Below are positions 34,640 through 48,122 of a DNA stretch of 64,000 nucleotides, in pieces (position 1 is the stretch's first letter; every line of letters starts with the position of its first letter). The stretch is from positions 1 to 64,000 of the forward strand of contig MCFE01000235.1 in assembly GCA_002104905.1 (NCBI GenBank). The letters are read 5' to 3'. The stretch is from Basidiobolus meristosporus CBS 931.73 (Eukaryota; Fungi; Basidiobolomycota). A program made the position numbers and the translations under genes. The notes beneath the pieces are model-generated. The model was not told the DNA's origin. It saw only the letters and a list, made by a program, of their open reading frames with translations, and did no database searches.

Positions 34640-35129
34640 CTATCCAACAGAACAAGTCTAATATATGAATTGCACAAGGGGAGGTAGAAAAAGTAAATAC
34701 CATTTGGTAAATTGGTATAGTGGCATTTGACAGAATTAGCTGTAGGCCGCCATACTGCCATAATAATACCATCAGAGACTTGCAATGAGGCTTTTAAAAT
34801 ACCATCAGGTTTTTTGCCACATAAGGCAATTGGATATACTGGCTGGTTAGATCCAATTAAAAGGTTGTCAAGTGCATCAAGACCACAGCAATGCCATGAA
34901 ACTATTGCTATAGCACCAATCAAACCCTGTCAAGTTTTAAACCTTATTTGGCAGTATGATTAGCCAAACACCATCATGATCCTGTCCTAAGATTATTAAC
35001 AGGGTCAATTATTTTAAGCTGCTGGTTATATGACAGACTCCAAGCAGCCTCCTGATGGCTGATTGGGATTGGATCCATCTGTGGGACAAAATTAGTCTCA
35101 TAGGGTTTCACTGGATTAGTAATTACAAT

Positions 35130-35732
35130 TAGTTATCTCAAATGTTGTTTGGCTTTATGCCCAATATATATATCTACATTAGGCAGGTGCCTGCATCAGT
35201 ACCTGTGATGCATGACCTCAGATTGTGTTACCCTCCCTACGTTTTCAATACCTTCTACAATATCTCTTTCTTATGTAGATTTCAGACAGCTGTTCCCTGA
35301 TTAGTTGCACATGTGGTACCTCTTAGAATCTATCTAGACCTTTTTGGAGTATTTTTAGCTCATAGTGCTGTCATCAAGAATTTTACTAATGCTTAGACTA
35401 TTCTAGAACATTGTCATTCTTAATCACTTGGTAACCAGGACAAGTATTTAAGGGTAGTCAATGTGTCATCAACAGATATGAGTAACACATCTATTGGCAG
35501 CAGTTTCACCTCAGACCTGCCATCAATGAGCTTTTCAGCATAGTGCATAAGACCCATGGAGACCTTCAAAGACACCTGGAGCACCTAGGGAGCTATTGTA
35601 GCTGGCCCTCCTGCCATAGTGACACTTTGCCAAAGACACCTACAGCTTAGACCCAGAGGTTATTGCACACATCAGACTCCTTATACAACTTGAGTTGTGC
35701 AGCTACCTTAGGAGTACTGCTGCACCACTGCA
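35130..35732. repeat. Diverged relative of element X
   Basis: Patchy similarity to X (GTACCTGTGA…, GAGGTTATTGC…) and to 50141-50483; ends …CACCACTGCA. Confidence 0.5.
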
Positions 35733-35879
35733 CTGCTCATTGCCTTGGCACTTGATAGATAGTTGCTCAGCTACTGCTCCGCCAGCAAATCCTGTTGGTC
35801 ACCAATCCTCATCAACCAGAATTTCACCAATCATACTCTATTAGAGCAGAAATCTGAAAATAGCCTCAATGATGTCTGA

Positions 35880-38083
35880 GCAAAAAAACCACTCAGCCTC
35901 CACTAGTTGGTAAGTTGCAAATGGACATTCTCTGATGATCTTGAATTGTCCTGTCCATTGTGGCTCAAAACTTCTTCTAAGTGTTGTTTCTTAGCAATAC
36001 AAAGTTCCCAACTGTCAATGCTTCTGGTGCTATAGTCTTATCAAATCTCTACTTCATCTTTTCTGCACTTTGGGATACTTTGGTCTGTGCCTCTTGACTT
36101 CTTTGTGCCAGTTGCTGGTGTCTACTTGGCTGACTAAGTTTATCTTCTAAGGTGTCTGTGAGCATTGGTTGTGGATGATCTCCTGAAATCCTGGATTCAC
36201 ATCCGTACACTAAGTAAAGTGACAATTGCTGGGTGGTGTTGTGTACTCTGACTCTGCATGCAAAGTGCGCTTGGTCTATATACTCATCCCATCTACTAAC
36301 AGCTCTTTTTGCATACTTGGTCAGCATTTTTCCAAATAATCCATTAAACCATACAGTGACTCCATTAGTTCTGTGCTGATATGCTGAAGTTTTCAAATGT
36401 TTGATCTGCTGCATTTTCAGGTAAGCTTCCAATGTCTTTGCCATAAAGTTTGCACCTCTATTGAATAGAATCTCTATTGGGCATCCAAACTTCATAAGGA
36501 TCTTATGGTAGATGAAACTTGCAACTTCTTGTTCACTGGCTATAGCTACAGCTTTAGCCACTGGCCATTTAGTGGCATGGTCATTGCTACTAGGAGCCAA
36601 TGGTTGCATATCCTGGTGGCTGGTTGTCCTCCAATAAAGTCAATTCCCCATCTTTCAAATGGTCTTACAGGCTCTAAGGGAAAGAGTTCAGCAATTCTTT
36701 GTGGTTGGCCTTGGTTGATTTAGCACTTTGGGCATGTTTACCTAACCCTAAGGTCACTCCTGTGCTATTCACTATGTGTCCTAGGTATCTAATATGTTTC
36801 TTCAAGAGCTCACACTTTGCTAGCTTGCTGTACAGCTTGTTCACACTTAGCTTCTTCAAGACCTTTTCAGTGTGCACCAAGTGTTCCTCTTCTGTATTAC
36901 TGTAGAACAATATGCCATATAGGTAGATTACCCCAACTTGTCTACATATTCCTTGAAGACTGTATGCATTAAGGTTATGAATGTTGGAGGGGCATTAGTA
37001 AGGCAAAGACCCACAACTAAGTACTTGAAATGTACATATTGGGTCCTGAAAGCTCTCTTAGCAATGTGTTGTGGTTTCACCCTAATCTGGTTGTATCCTG
37101 ACAAGAGGTTAATCTTGCAGAAGGTAGCAGCTCCATTGAGTTGATCCAAAAGCCCATCAATCCAAGGTATGGGGTTCTTATTCTTCATGGTAATGGAGCT
37201 GAGGGCTTTGTAGTCAATGCACATCCTAAGTTATTCATCTTTCATTTTCACAAAAAGTACTGGTGCTCCCCATGGTGACTTGCTAGGTTGGATACATCCT
37301 TGCTGAGGTAGCTGATCTATTTGTCTCTTCATTTCTTCCAACTCCAGTAGACTTATTCTGTAAGGTGTCTTACTCACCAGAGGGCTATCTCCTGTGTCAG
37401 TGGCATGATCAACATCTCTGACTAATAGTGGACTTACTAGTGCACCTGGAAACATGTCAGAATATTCCTTCAAAAGAGTCTGGACCTCTGGGGTGCTTGA
37501 GTGGAGGAACTCTCCTGCAATATTACCATGGGAAACATCTGGGCACCATTGCTAAGTGTTCTACAGGACTTTGTCTTGCACAGCTCACTTGTTTAACACA
37601 CATTGGAATTAACTCAATTGAAGTCCAGTCTAGCAGGTAATAGCTCATAAGTCTTGTTGTCCTTCCAGATCTGAGTGGCATAGATTCTCCATTTAATTGA
37701 AGGATTACAACAAAACAGCCAGGTTACTCCAAGTACAAGTTCAAATTTGCAATTCCCACATGTGTTGGACTGTAGGTCCTCTTCATAGTTGTGGATCTTC
37801 ATTCTTACTGACTGAGTTGTACAGTTGATTACTTCAGAGTTCCCATCAGCTATTGAGACTGAAGCTCATATGGTATCTATATCTGTATGATAAGGATTGG
37901 CTGATCTATCTGCTGACTATTACTACTGAATTGACACATAGCACTGATACACTGACAGGCTAAGCATTAAACTAATTGACTTAACTACAAACTGATCCAA
38001 CTTAAGCATTCAGGCAGTAGATCATAACATTCTCCCCTATTAAAGCTGAGGGGTATCTCCTGAATCTGTTTTCTTGTGATATC
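35880..38083 (-). mobile_element. pol: Ty3/gypsy relic: protease-RT joined directly to the integrase core; a partial LTR, PPT and integrase tail lie at 37860-38083
   Basis: SPWGAPVLFVK, MCIDYKAL, YLGHIV, WGIDF and GVTVWFNG motifs; the RNase H region is missing. Confidence 0.85.
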
Positions 38084-41000
38084 TGTTATGGTCTACCGCT
38101 TGAGTTTTTAAGTTAGATCAGTTCTTTAGTCAAATTAATTAGTTATAGGTTTAGCTTATCTGTATATCAGTATTATCTATCCAATCAGTAGCATTAGTCA
38201 GCAAATGAATCAGCAGATCCTTATCAGACAGAAATAGATATATTAAGTAGGATCTTATTGGGTGATGATGATGCAATCAAATGAGTCATCAGCCACAACC
38301 CACATTAGGAAATACAATTAGTCAGCAAATGTTATGGCAAAATTTATATAAGGAGCTGCTGGAACCTCAATAAAAATCAGTTCAATTTTTAGTGAATACA
38401 ATACTAGCTAAACTCCCTATTCCTCTACAACTCTTATACCAAGACTTGTAACCTTGATAGCAGCAATAACCTGAAACCTCCTTCCTAAAGAAAGAAGAAG
38501 CCTCCTGCAACATATCCAAAAATCAAGAATGCAAGAATGCTGTGCAGCAAATGCTGGCTCAGCAGCAAAAGTTACTCCAGATCCTTAGCCAGCAGCAACA
38601 ATGAATGACCACCATGGCCCAAAGCCAGCAAAACTCTGTCAAGTGCAACTTTAGTATGAAGGTCAACCGCTACCATGGTAGAGTCAATGAAAACCTGGGA
38701 ACTTGGCTCTTCCAGATTGAAGAAGCTTTCAAGGCTAAGGGAATTGCTCCAGAAAGCAAGTTATATTATGCAGTGTCTTACCTGGTAGATGCAGCCTTAC
38801 AGTGGTACCACAACAAGATCAGGTCTGCCACCATGATGGGATGCTCTACAATCTCTACCTGGGATGAGTTTATGTTGGAAATTCTGGATGCTTTTGAGCC
38901 TCCACACCAACAGACACTACTAAGAAGAAAGTTGAAAACATTCAGACAGAAAGGAGTGGTTCAAGAGTACATCTGTAAATAGCCCCCTTCCAGTACATTA
39001 GGCTACCAATCATTGTTTGATAGGGAAAGTTTTGGTCCATATATGAGCCGTTTTCATCTATAACTGGCTGAGATTTGCTTAATTTCAGGTTATTGTCCAT
39101 AGGGGTAGCTGCAGGTTTGCAATTTACCATTTGAAGCATCTAATAATGTCCCTGATATACTTAGACTGATTTAGCACAATTTCCTGTGCAGGTATTTCAG
39201 ATTTGACCTCAATTCCAAGAAAATAGCTTACTTTTCCAAGATCTTTCATCTCCAACTTGCTGAAGAGACCTGACTTCATCTGTATAAGTGCCTCTTGGTT
39301 ACTTATAGCTATAATTAGGTTGTCTACATAGAGAACTAGGATGATCACACCCTTTTTGAGCTGCTTCACATATATACTGTGATCTGCAATGCTACAAGAG
39401 AACCCAGTTTCCTCTAGGTATATGTCAGTCTTGTTATACCATGCTCTAGGTGCCTGCTTAAGCCCATACAGCAATTTTCTAAGTTTGCACACCTTATTGG
39501 GGTCTTTTGGATTGGTAAAACCTTCTGGTTGCTCCATATATATAGTTTCTTGCAAATCCCCATTTAGAAAGGCTGTCTTGACGTCCATTTAGTATAGATC
39601 TACACTGTGTACAGCTGCCAGGGCTAGAACTGTCCTAATGGAGTTAAACTTGGCAACCGCAGCAAATGTTTCCTTAAAGTCTAGTCCATGGATCTGGGAA
39701 CAGTCTTTAGCCATCAATCTAGCCTTGTACTTATCAATGGCACCATTTGAGGTTATCTTGATCTTGTAGACCCATCTACATCCTATTGGCTTTCCCCTGT
39801 TTGGTAAATCTACCAGTTCCCACATTTTTGTCTTGATCAGTGATTGGTACTCCTGCTGCATAGCTTGTTGCCACATAGCAGCATCTGGACTTTGTAGTAC
39901 CTTCAATTTACACCCAGATTATGTTGCTGCCATGTACTTGAAGTTCTTAAATATCTCTAATGCTTCATCCTATGTCTTGGGGATGTACACCCATGGGGCC
40001 ACATATGTCTGAGTGTACAATAGCCAATATTTTGGTGGTATTGATGCCTTCTGAGCTGCTGAAGTGTTGCCTAGCTTGTTTGCCATATGAATGTCCCTTA
40101 CAAACATTCAATTTGATTGGAATTGAGTATTCAAGGCCCAAAACAAGCTCATTTTTCACTAATTGGCTCATTTTCTGTTCCCCAATGTGTCCTAGCCTCC
40201 TGTGCTGTGTCTCCCAGTTGGTTTTATCAGTTTTGGCAATGTTGACATACTCAGGTACAATGATCTTGCATTTTAACTTGTATATATTGGGATCTCTAAT
40301 TCCCTGAGCTAATTTTTGTCCATTCTCCCTTAATATTGAGCAGCTCATCTTGGTAAAAACAAATTTCAGTCCCTGAGCAGTTGCTTTACTAACTGAGAGT
40401 AAGTTCTTAGCTATTCCAGGTACATGGAGTATGTCAGTGAGTCTTGCTGTAGTTGCTCCTGAGCTATTGCTGATATTTAGTTGTATAGACCCACTTGCAG
40501 TAGCTTCCAGAGCAGAGTTATCTCCCAGATAAACCTTTCTTATGGGAATAGGTTTAAGTTGCTGAACCACTCCTTTATACCACAAGTATGCTGTGATGCT
40601 CCAGAGTCAATATACCATTCAGTACTTTGATTACTTGCACTCTCTTGTACGGTTACAGATAACTGTTCATCAGTAGTTATATGGTTTGCCTGCTCTAGTT
40701 TCTGTTTTTTGTTTGCTTGTTTCTTCTTTCATTCTCTTGCCCAGTGTCCTGGCTTTTTACAATAGTTACAGCAACCAGGTTTCCTTTGGTTTTGTTGTTT
40801 TCCTTTCTTTTCTGAGTACCATTTTGAACTGAAGAAAGCATTATCTTCAATATTCTCTGCTTGATCATTGTGTCTGAGGTCTTCATGGAGAAGTCTTCCT
40901 TTGACATAGTCTAAAGTCAAGTTGTTGTCTCTGCTTTCAAAAGAAAGAATGAGTGGCTCATACTTGTCTGGTAGGCTGCAAAGCAGACAGAGTATCTTTT

Positions 41001-43665
41001 ATTCATCATGTACACCAGCATTAATACCGTAAAGTTCTTCTGCAAGTGTCACCATTTTGATAATGAGTTGCAGCATGTCATCATTTGGCTTCTTCCTCAT
41101 GTTGAAGAACTTTTGTTTCAAATACAGCTTGCTTGATACTGACTTTGCCCTAAAGATTTTCTCTAAGGATTCCCATGCTGCTTTGGCAGTACTTGAGGCA
41201 TGGATTTGTTCACTGAAGGAATCTTGCACATTGATACATATGGCATTAAAGGCCTTTCTCTCCTTCTCTTGAAACTTTTCCACTTCTTCTGATGTTCCTT
41301 TGGTCTCAACTTCTTTTCCTGTACTATATTCCAAAGCTTCCTTTTGTCAAGATGGATCTGCATCTTGATTCTCCAAAGTCTGTAGTTCCTTCCATCAAAC
41401 CTCTCCTTTACAGGGCAGATGTTTGTGTTGTTCTGTTTGCTGGTAGAAGTCATCTTTAGAATGGATTAAGGCAATCAGGGCTCATAAGCTGTGGCAATTT
41501 AAGAAGTGATTCGGTTATAAGGAACTTATCAAGAAATGGTGATAATAGTTGAACTGTTGATTATTAATAAAGAAGCTCAGTAATTACACCTTTGTGGAAG
41601 TAATACAGCTATAACACTAAGTAAGGAGGGTTTCTCAATATTCAGGAGCATTCAGTAACAGTTTCAGGGTTAGTACATAATAGTTAGTGTTAGTGCTAAT
41701 TTGATCCTGACTATAGGGGAACAATCATAAGATCATAGATCTGAAGAAAGTGGCAAAGTTAGAGCTGTAAACTAGTATCACAGTGACCAAGACTAGTCCA
41801 GAATTGTTAAGTAAATTATTAGCTGCAGAATGTTACCAAATAGTCCAATACTTCAACATATATTCACGCAGAAGGTACTCTCCAGAAGAATGATAAGATG
41901 GAGCTAATACATTCAGCAATTTTATTTTGAGAATGTCTACTGCTATAAGAAAAACAACACAGTTCCTGATGCCTTATCAAGATTAAAACATGTTGCACAA
42001 CTCAATTTGGTGCATGAATCAGATTGGCCTAGCCTGCTATCCAAGTACTTGAAGGACCAAGCCATGCCTAGTGAGGTGGATGAAGAGATGAAGAAGATAA
42101 TCTGGAATGAAGCCAGTCAATTTGTGGTACAGGATGAAACACTCTACCAAATTGCTGATGGAAGCCCTATTGCCTATTGCCCTTATGTTGCTTGCCTGGA
42201 TTTAATACATAAGCTACACAATGGATATGGCCATCTTGGGATTAAAGGAACCTATAGCCTTGTCAAAGCCAGAGCATGGTGGTCCAGAATGAAACAAGAT
42301 ATTGAGAAGCTAGTGAAAACCTGCCCTAACTGCCAAATCAATCAAGGCCAGCCACAAAGATTTGCCAAACTCTTTCCCTTGGAGCCAGTAAGACCATTTA
42401 AAAGATGGGGAATTGACTATATTGGAAGACTACCAACTACAAGGAAATGCAACTTTGGATCCTAGTAGCAATTGCCCATGCCACAAAAAAGCTGGTGGCT
42501 AAAGCAGTACCTGCAGCCAGTGAACAAGAAGTTGCAAGTTTCATCTACCATGAGATCCTTATGAAGTTTGGTTGCCCTGTAGAGACTCTATCCAATAGAG
42601 GAGCAAACTTATGGCAAAGACACTGGAAGCTTACCTGGAAATGCAGCAGATCAAACACCTGAAAACCTTAGCATATCACCCCAGAACTGATAGAGTCACT
42701 GAACAGCTTAATGGATTATTTGGGAAAATTCTGATCAAATATGAAAATGAAGTTGTTAGTAGATGGGATGAGTATATAGACTAAGCACTCTTTGCATGCA
42801 GAGTCAGAGTACACAACACCACCCAACAATTGCCATTTTACTTAGTGTATGGATGCAAACCAAGGATTCCAGGAGATCTCACACAACCAAAGCTTACAGA
42901 CACTGTAGAAGATGAGCTCAGTCAGCTAAGTGGACACCAGTAGCTTGAACAAAGATGTTGAGAGGCACAGATCAAAGTATCTCAAAGTGCAGAAAAGATG
43001 AAGCAGAGATTGGATACAACAATAGCACCAGAAGCATTTACAGTTGTGAACTTTGTATTGCTAAGAAACAACACTTGGAAGAAGTCTGAGTCAAGATGGA
43101 CAGGACCATTTAAGATCATCAGAGATTGTCTATTTGCAACTTACCAACTAGTGGACAAACAAGGCAATATCAGGGAAGACCTAGTGTACAGGGACAGACT
43201 CAAGCTTACAAGACTTGCTGACAATACTGAACCATCAAGATATTGGTATCACAAGAAAAGCAATTCATGAGAACCCTCTCAGCTTTAGTAGGAGAGAATG
43301 TTACAATCTACTGCTTGAATGTTTAAGTTAGATCAGATTTGTAGTGAATTCAATTATTTATATGCTTGGCTTATCACTATATCAGTATTTCTATCAAATC
43401 TAAGCACTAGTCATCAAATGAATAGGCAGATCCCTATCAGACAGCAATAGATATACTAAGTAGGATCTTAATGGGTAATGATGATGCAATCAAGTGAGTC
43501 ATCAGCCACAGCCTACATTAGGAAATGCTACTTGTCAGCAATTGATCTGGCAAAATGTATGTAAGGAGCTGCTGGAACCTCAATAAAAATTGGTTCAAGC
43601 TTAGTGAATACAATACTAGCTAAACTCCCTATTCCTCTACAACTCTTATACCAAGACTTGAAACA
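38084..43665 (+). mobile_element. Ty3/gypsy element G1: LTRs 38084-38453 and 43299-43665, gag 38605-38982, integrase 42007-43270; PR-RT lost and B2 inside
   Basis: WLFQIEEAF…ALQWY…TWDEF gag; HNGYGHLG…CPNC and WGIDYIG integrase; PPT AGTAGGAGAGAA; flanks ATATC/GCTTC do not match, so the two LTRs may come from different insertions. Confidence 0.8.
38982..41858 (-). mobile_element. Copia B2, 3'-truncated with an internal integrase deletion
   Basis: 5' LTR 41490-41858 (369 bp), PBS, and gag/PR/RT fragments homologous to B1. Confidence 0.9.
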
Positions 43666-43724
43666 GCTTCACAAGGTGGATTGCTGGATCTAATATATTC
43701 TTACTCCAGTAACTGATCTAAAGC

Positions 43725-44093
43725 TGTTGAAATATTGTACTATTTGGTATCATTCAGCAGCTGAAAATTTACTTAACAATTCTAAACTAGTATTGATCAC
43801 TGTGAGACTAATTTAAAGCTCTAACTTTGCCACTTTCTTCAGATCTATAATCTTATGATTGTTCCCCTATAGTCAGGATCAAATTAGCACTAACACTAAT
43901 TATTATGTACTAACCCTGAAACTGTTACAGAATGCTCCTGAATATTGAGAAACCCTCCTTACTTAGTGTTACAGCTGTATTACTTCCACAAAGGTATAAA
44001 TACTGAGCTTCCTTATTAATAAACAACAGTTTGACTATTATCACTATTTCTTGATAAGTTCCTTTTATCCAAATTACTTCTTAAATTGCAACA
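43725..44093 (+). repeat. Copia-B solo LTR
   Basis: 369 bp; flanks AAAGC/AATGC; a further B-LTR fragment at ~44110-44196. Confidence 0.88.
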
Positions 44094-44199
44094 AATGCTT
44101 GGGCTGTAAGTTAGTCCTACAGTGACCAAGACTAGTCCAGAACCATTGAGTAAATCTTTACCTGCTGAATGATACCAATTAGTCCAATATTCAAACAAG

Positions 44200-47100
44200 C
44201 TCCCCATCTGTCAGATGGTCTAACACCCTGCAAGAGAAAGACTTTGGCAATTTTCTGCGGTTGAACTTGGTTCATTTGATAACTTTGCCATGCTGTCAGT
44301 AGCTTCCCAATATCTTGTGACATTTAGGGCTGCCATTAGCAGTTTAGTGGATTACTTCATCCGGTAATAAAAGTTTGTTGGCTTCATCCCAGATAATCTT
44401 CTTAATATCTTTATCCACCTCAGTAGGAATGATTCAATCCTCCAAGTATTCTGACAGTATGCTGGGCGCACCTAATTAATGATTAGGTTGCGCTATGCAA
44501 CTTATTCTAGTTACAACAAGGCTTCAGCAATCATGTTATTTCTCCTAGAGCAGTGGTCAATTGTCAGGTCAAATTGCTGAATGCATTCTCTCTATCCTGT
44601 AATTCTTCTGAGTAGTACCTTCTAAGCAAATACATACTTGATTGAGGCAGGATCAGCTTTCACAGTTCACTTAGCTTATCCAATGTAGCATCTCCATGTC
44701 TTTAAGCAGTGTATTGTGGCAATCCTATCATTCTCATGCACTGGATTGTTTTGTTCTGCTGAGTTCAGTTTGTTGGACTCAAAAGTGGCTGGGTGCTCCT
44801 TCCCTCATGTTCTAGGCGCAGTACTCCACCAAAGGCATAATCTAAAGAGTCTGTGCAGATATTATACTCTTTTGTGAGGTCAGCTACTCTCAAGTTTGGC
44901 AGCTTAACAAGTTCATTTGTGAGAGTCTGAGTGGCAGTCTCACAGGTTGTATCTCACTGTAAGATGTTGTCTTTGTTGAAGATATCAGTCAATGGTGGTG
45001 CAATACTTGCAAAGTAATTGACAAATCTCCAATAATTATAATATATTCCAAGAGATGCTCTGAGCACTTATACTGCATTGGGCTGCTCCAGAATCTTGAT
45101 AACTTCCACCTTCTTTGGGTATAAGGTTGCTCTGGAGCCAGTCATGATATGTCCCAGATACCCAATGTGTTCCTTGAGAAACTCCCACTTTGCTAGCTTG
45201 CCATAGAGCTTGTTCTCTTTTAGCTTTCTCAAGTCCTGTTTGGCATGCAACAAGTTGTCCTCTCATTGTTGAAATAGTTCAGAGATATATTGCAAGTGAA
45301 ATGGAGAATTAGAAGATTTGCATGATATTCACTTGATGATCTATTGAGTTGCAGCACAGTATTTATACTTATAGCAGAACTACGTAAATGTAGGTATCTG
45401 TTCATTTTTAGGGGAGTCTCAGGAGTACATGTGCCAAATTGCAGCTTATTAAGACAAGTATTGGATTTTTCATACAAATCTGTACTTCACTAATTTCTAA
45501 TAATTTGCAAATATCTGAAAAACTAAACTCTAAGCTGATATACTGAAATATGTCATTTAACCAAGTGCTGGTCCATAATATATATATATAATTAAGTGGA
45601 CTTCTAATTATTTCAACACTTATATCTTGCTGTATTTCAGTATATCAGCAAAGTGGATTACCACAAACTTCTCCAAGTATTCCTGGAATACAGTTAGCTC
45701 CATGGTCACAAATGTTGCAGGGGTGTTGGTAATGCCCAAACTTAAGAGTTAGTACTTGTGGTGTCCATATCTGGTTCTAAACACTGTCTTGAAGATATCA
45801 TCTTGCTTCACTGAAATCTGGCCATATCCTGACATGAGGTCAATCTTGCTGAGTATAATGGCCCCATTGAGTTAGTTCAAGAGCTCATCAATCCAAGCTA
45901 TGGGTATGGCTTGCTTGCAGCATCTGAGCTAAGGGCTCTGTAGCCCATTTGTATACTAAGTACTCCATCCTTCTTCTTCACACAAAGCACTGATGCTCCT
46001 CCAGGTGACCTGCTGGACCTGACATATTGTTGCTCCAATAGTTGTTCAGTTTGTCTCTTCATCTCTTCCAGTTCTTGCTCACTAGGAGGCTATTTTGTGT
46101 TTCACCGTCATTATCAACATCTCTGGCTGGTGGAAGGCCTATAGGATCATCTGTAAACATGCTCCAGTAATCTTTCAGCAGAATCTGTACCCTCTGCAAC
46201 ACCAGAGCTGCGGAATCATCCTGCAATACCTCAGTGAGAAAGATCTGGATACCCTTCCTAAGTAGTCTACAGATGTGTTTCTTGCTACATGCACTTGTGT
46301 ACACCACACCAGAATTGACCAAACTGACATACAGTCTGGTTGGTAGTAGCTCATATATCTGGTTACCTTTTTGGATCTGAGAGGCACAGTTCCTCAAGTA
46401 ATTGATGGTCCACAGTTCAATTTACATGTCTTCCAAACATCAGGTCTAATTTGCTGTTTCCCAATATGTAGTCTTCTAGGTCTTGTTCATAATCATTGAT
46501 CTTCATTATTGCTGGTTGAGTTAAATGGTTGATTATGTGGTAGGTCCCATTAGCTATTGCAACTGTTGTTGATTTGGCAGATTCCAAGTTGATTCCAGCT
46601 CTCAAGGCAAATTGCTCTGACCTGTACTTGTGTGATGCTCCTGTGTCATGATGATCTTGACAGGTATTCCATTGACAATACCATTCAATTATTATAATTT
46701 TCCTGAGCTTAAGGTTGATGAGGATAAGTATACTTCCATCATATAGAAGGTAGGCTCTAAATTCTCTCCAAGTTCATTCACCCCAACACTGTGCTTCTGG
46801 GCTTCCATAAGGCTGAGAGTTCCTGTTGACTGATGTCCATCTCTTCTCTGAGAGCAGTACTATGAGATATGCCCATGCTGATGGCGATTGAAGTAAAGTT
46901 CTTTCTTCTGACATTCTTCCAAGGTGGGATCTGTTGGCATAGCATCTATTTTCATTAGCACTGCTACTGATTGTCCTCTTTCACACTAATTGCAGCTTTG
47001 CTGATTAACCACTATGGGCTCTCAACTCTTAGCACAGTTGATTCATAGTCAATGGCAGTCCTGATGGCTTTGTTGGTAGTCCAAGGTTATCCAATAATAC

Positions 47101-47935
47101 ACTTCTGTGCAAGTTTTTTCTATCAGACCATCAATCAAGTGTTCAGCTTGATCAAGGTAATCCATTCTTTGAATCCCTCCAACCAGACATCTTTGCTTAT
47201 CATTGCATTCTTGAACTATTCCTTTCTGTCTGAGTGTCTTCAGCTTCTGCCTTAATGGTGTTTGCTGATGTGCAGGCTCATTATATTTGGAATTTCTAAC
47301 ACAAACTCATCCCAGGTAGAGATTGTAGAGCATCACATCATGGTGGCAGACCTGATCTTGTTGCAGTACCAATCTGAAGCTGCACTGACCAAGTAACAGG
47401 CTGCAAAATGTAACTTGCTTTCTGGGGCAGTCCATTAGCCTTGAAAGCTACTTCAATTTGAAAGAGCCAAGTTCCCTGGTATTTATTCACTTTGCCATTT
47501 TAAAAATTTGCCCTCAAACTAAAGGTGCTTTTTCCATTGTTTAACAGGCTCTAGGCTATGGCTGTCATGATTGGTACTGCTGGCTGAGGATCTGCAGTAC
47601 CTCCTGCTGTTGGGCCAGAATTTTACTGCATAACATTCTTCCATTGTTGATTTTCCAATATCTGGAGAGGGGCTTCTTCTTTCTCCAAGAGAAAGTCTCT
47701 GAATTGTTGCTGTTACCAATGTTACAAGTCTTAATGTAAGAGTTGTAGAGGAGCATGGAGTTTAACTTAAATTGTATTCACACTGAACCAACTTTTGTTG
47801 AGGTTCATGCAACTCCTTGTACACATCTTGCCGGATCAATTGCTGACTAATTGCCTTTCCTAATGTAGATTGTGGCTGATGACTCATTTAACTGCATCAT
47901 CACCACCCAACTAGATCTTACTTAACACACCAATG
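44200..47935 (-). mobile_element. Ty3/gypsy element G2 (same family as G1), decayed gag-pol with a partial 5' LTR from 47720
   Basis: gag homologous to 38605-38982; RT KLYGKLAKWEF…YLGH; RNase H and integrase start; PBS-like TTGGTAACAGC. Confidence 0.8.
45267..45618. repeat. Solo LTR of a third copia family, distantly related to A
   Basis: TGTTGAAA…TTTCAACA, 352 bp; flanks CTCAT/CTTAT; shares CACTTGATGATCTATTGA with the A LTR; splits the G2 RT. Confidence 0.7.
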
Positions 47936-48122
47936 GAGCTTAGCCTGCTCTAGTATATATATGCCTAGGTGAGCTGTATTGCAAGCCTATTTGTTTGGCC
48001 CTGAGCTACTTTTATTGCAACAATGCATGCTGACTTTGTGTACAGTGCTCTGTCCAACAATGCTAGTATAGAGTACACTGATGTGAATGGGGTACTGGTA
48101 TTGCAAAGCTTGATGAGGAATC

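Larger units (their letters stand above)
29505..34659. mobile_element. PHIS copy 2 in inverted orientation, with an internal duplication, MITE 3 and solo LTR Z
   Basis: Both termini present; AAT at 29502-29504 and 34660-34662; transposase at 33049-33933; ORF2 pieces at 30248-32786. Confidence 0.9.
22400..35010 (+). mobile_element. CACTA/En-Spm transposon C1, decayed, carrying two PHIS insertions; termini not found
   Basis: Transposase_21-like motifs ACAHRCMAF…CPNC, IFDGKYY, ALNGFSL…CWLLILINMNLLP and GPKLPSNLDSYLNPL (24186-24677); it resumes at 28082 with GP…EFPMEW…VKSQVIPYPNL (28747-29016) and continues at 34660. Confidence 0.8.

Noticed and set aside
34495-34963. ORFs 34495-34923 and 34727-34963 as host genes
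   Set aside because: They span the junction of solo LTR Z, the PHIS terminus and the CACTA tail
35019-35736. CTGC…CTGC as the TSD of the X relative
   Set aside because: The left terminus is too degenerate to fix; noted only as weak support
36660-36720. Gypsy RT fused directly to integrase as a novel RNase H-less element
   Set aside because: G1 and G2 of the same family retain RNase H, so this is most simply a deletion in a dead copy
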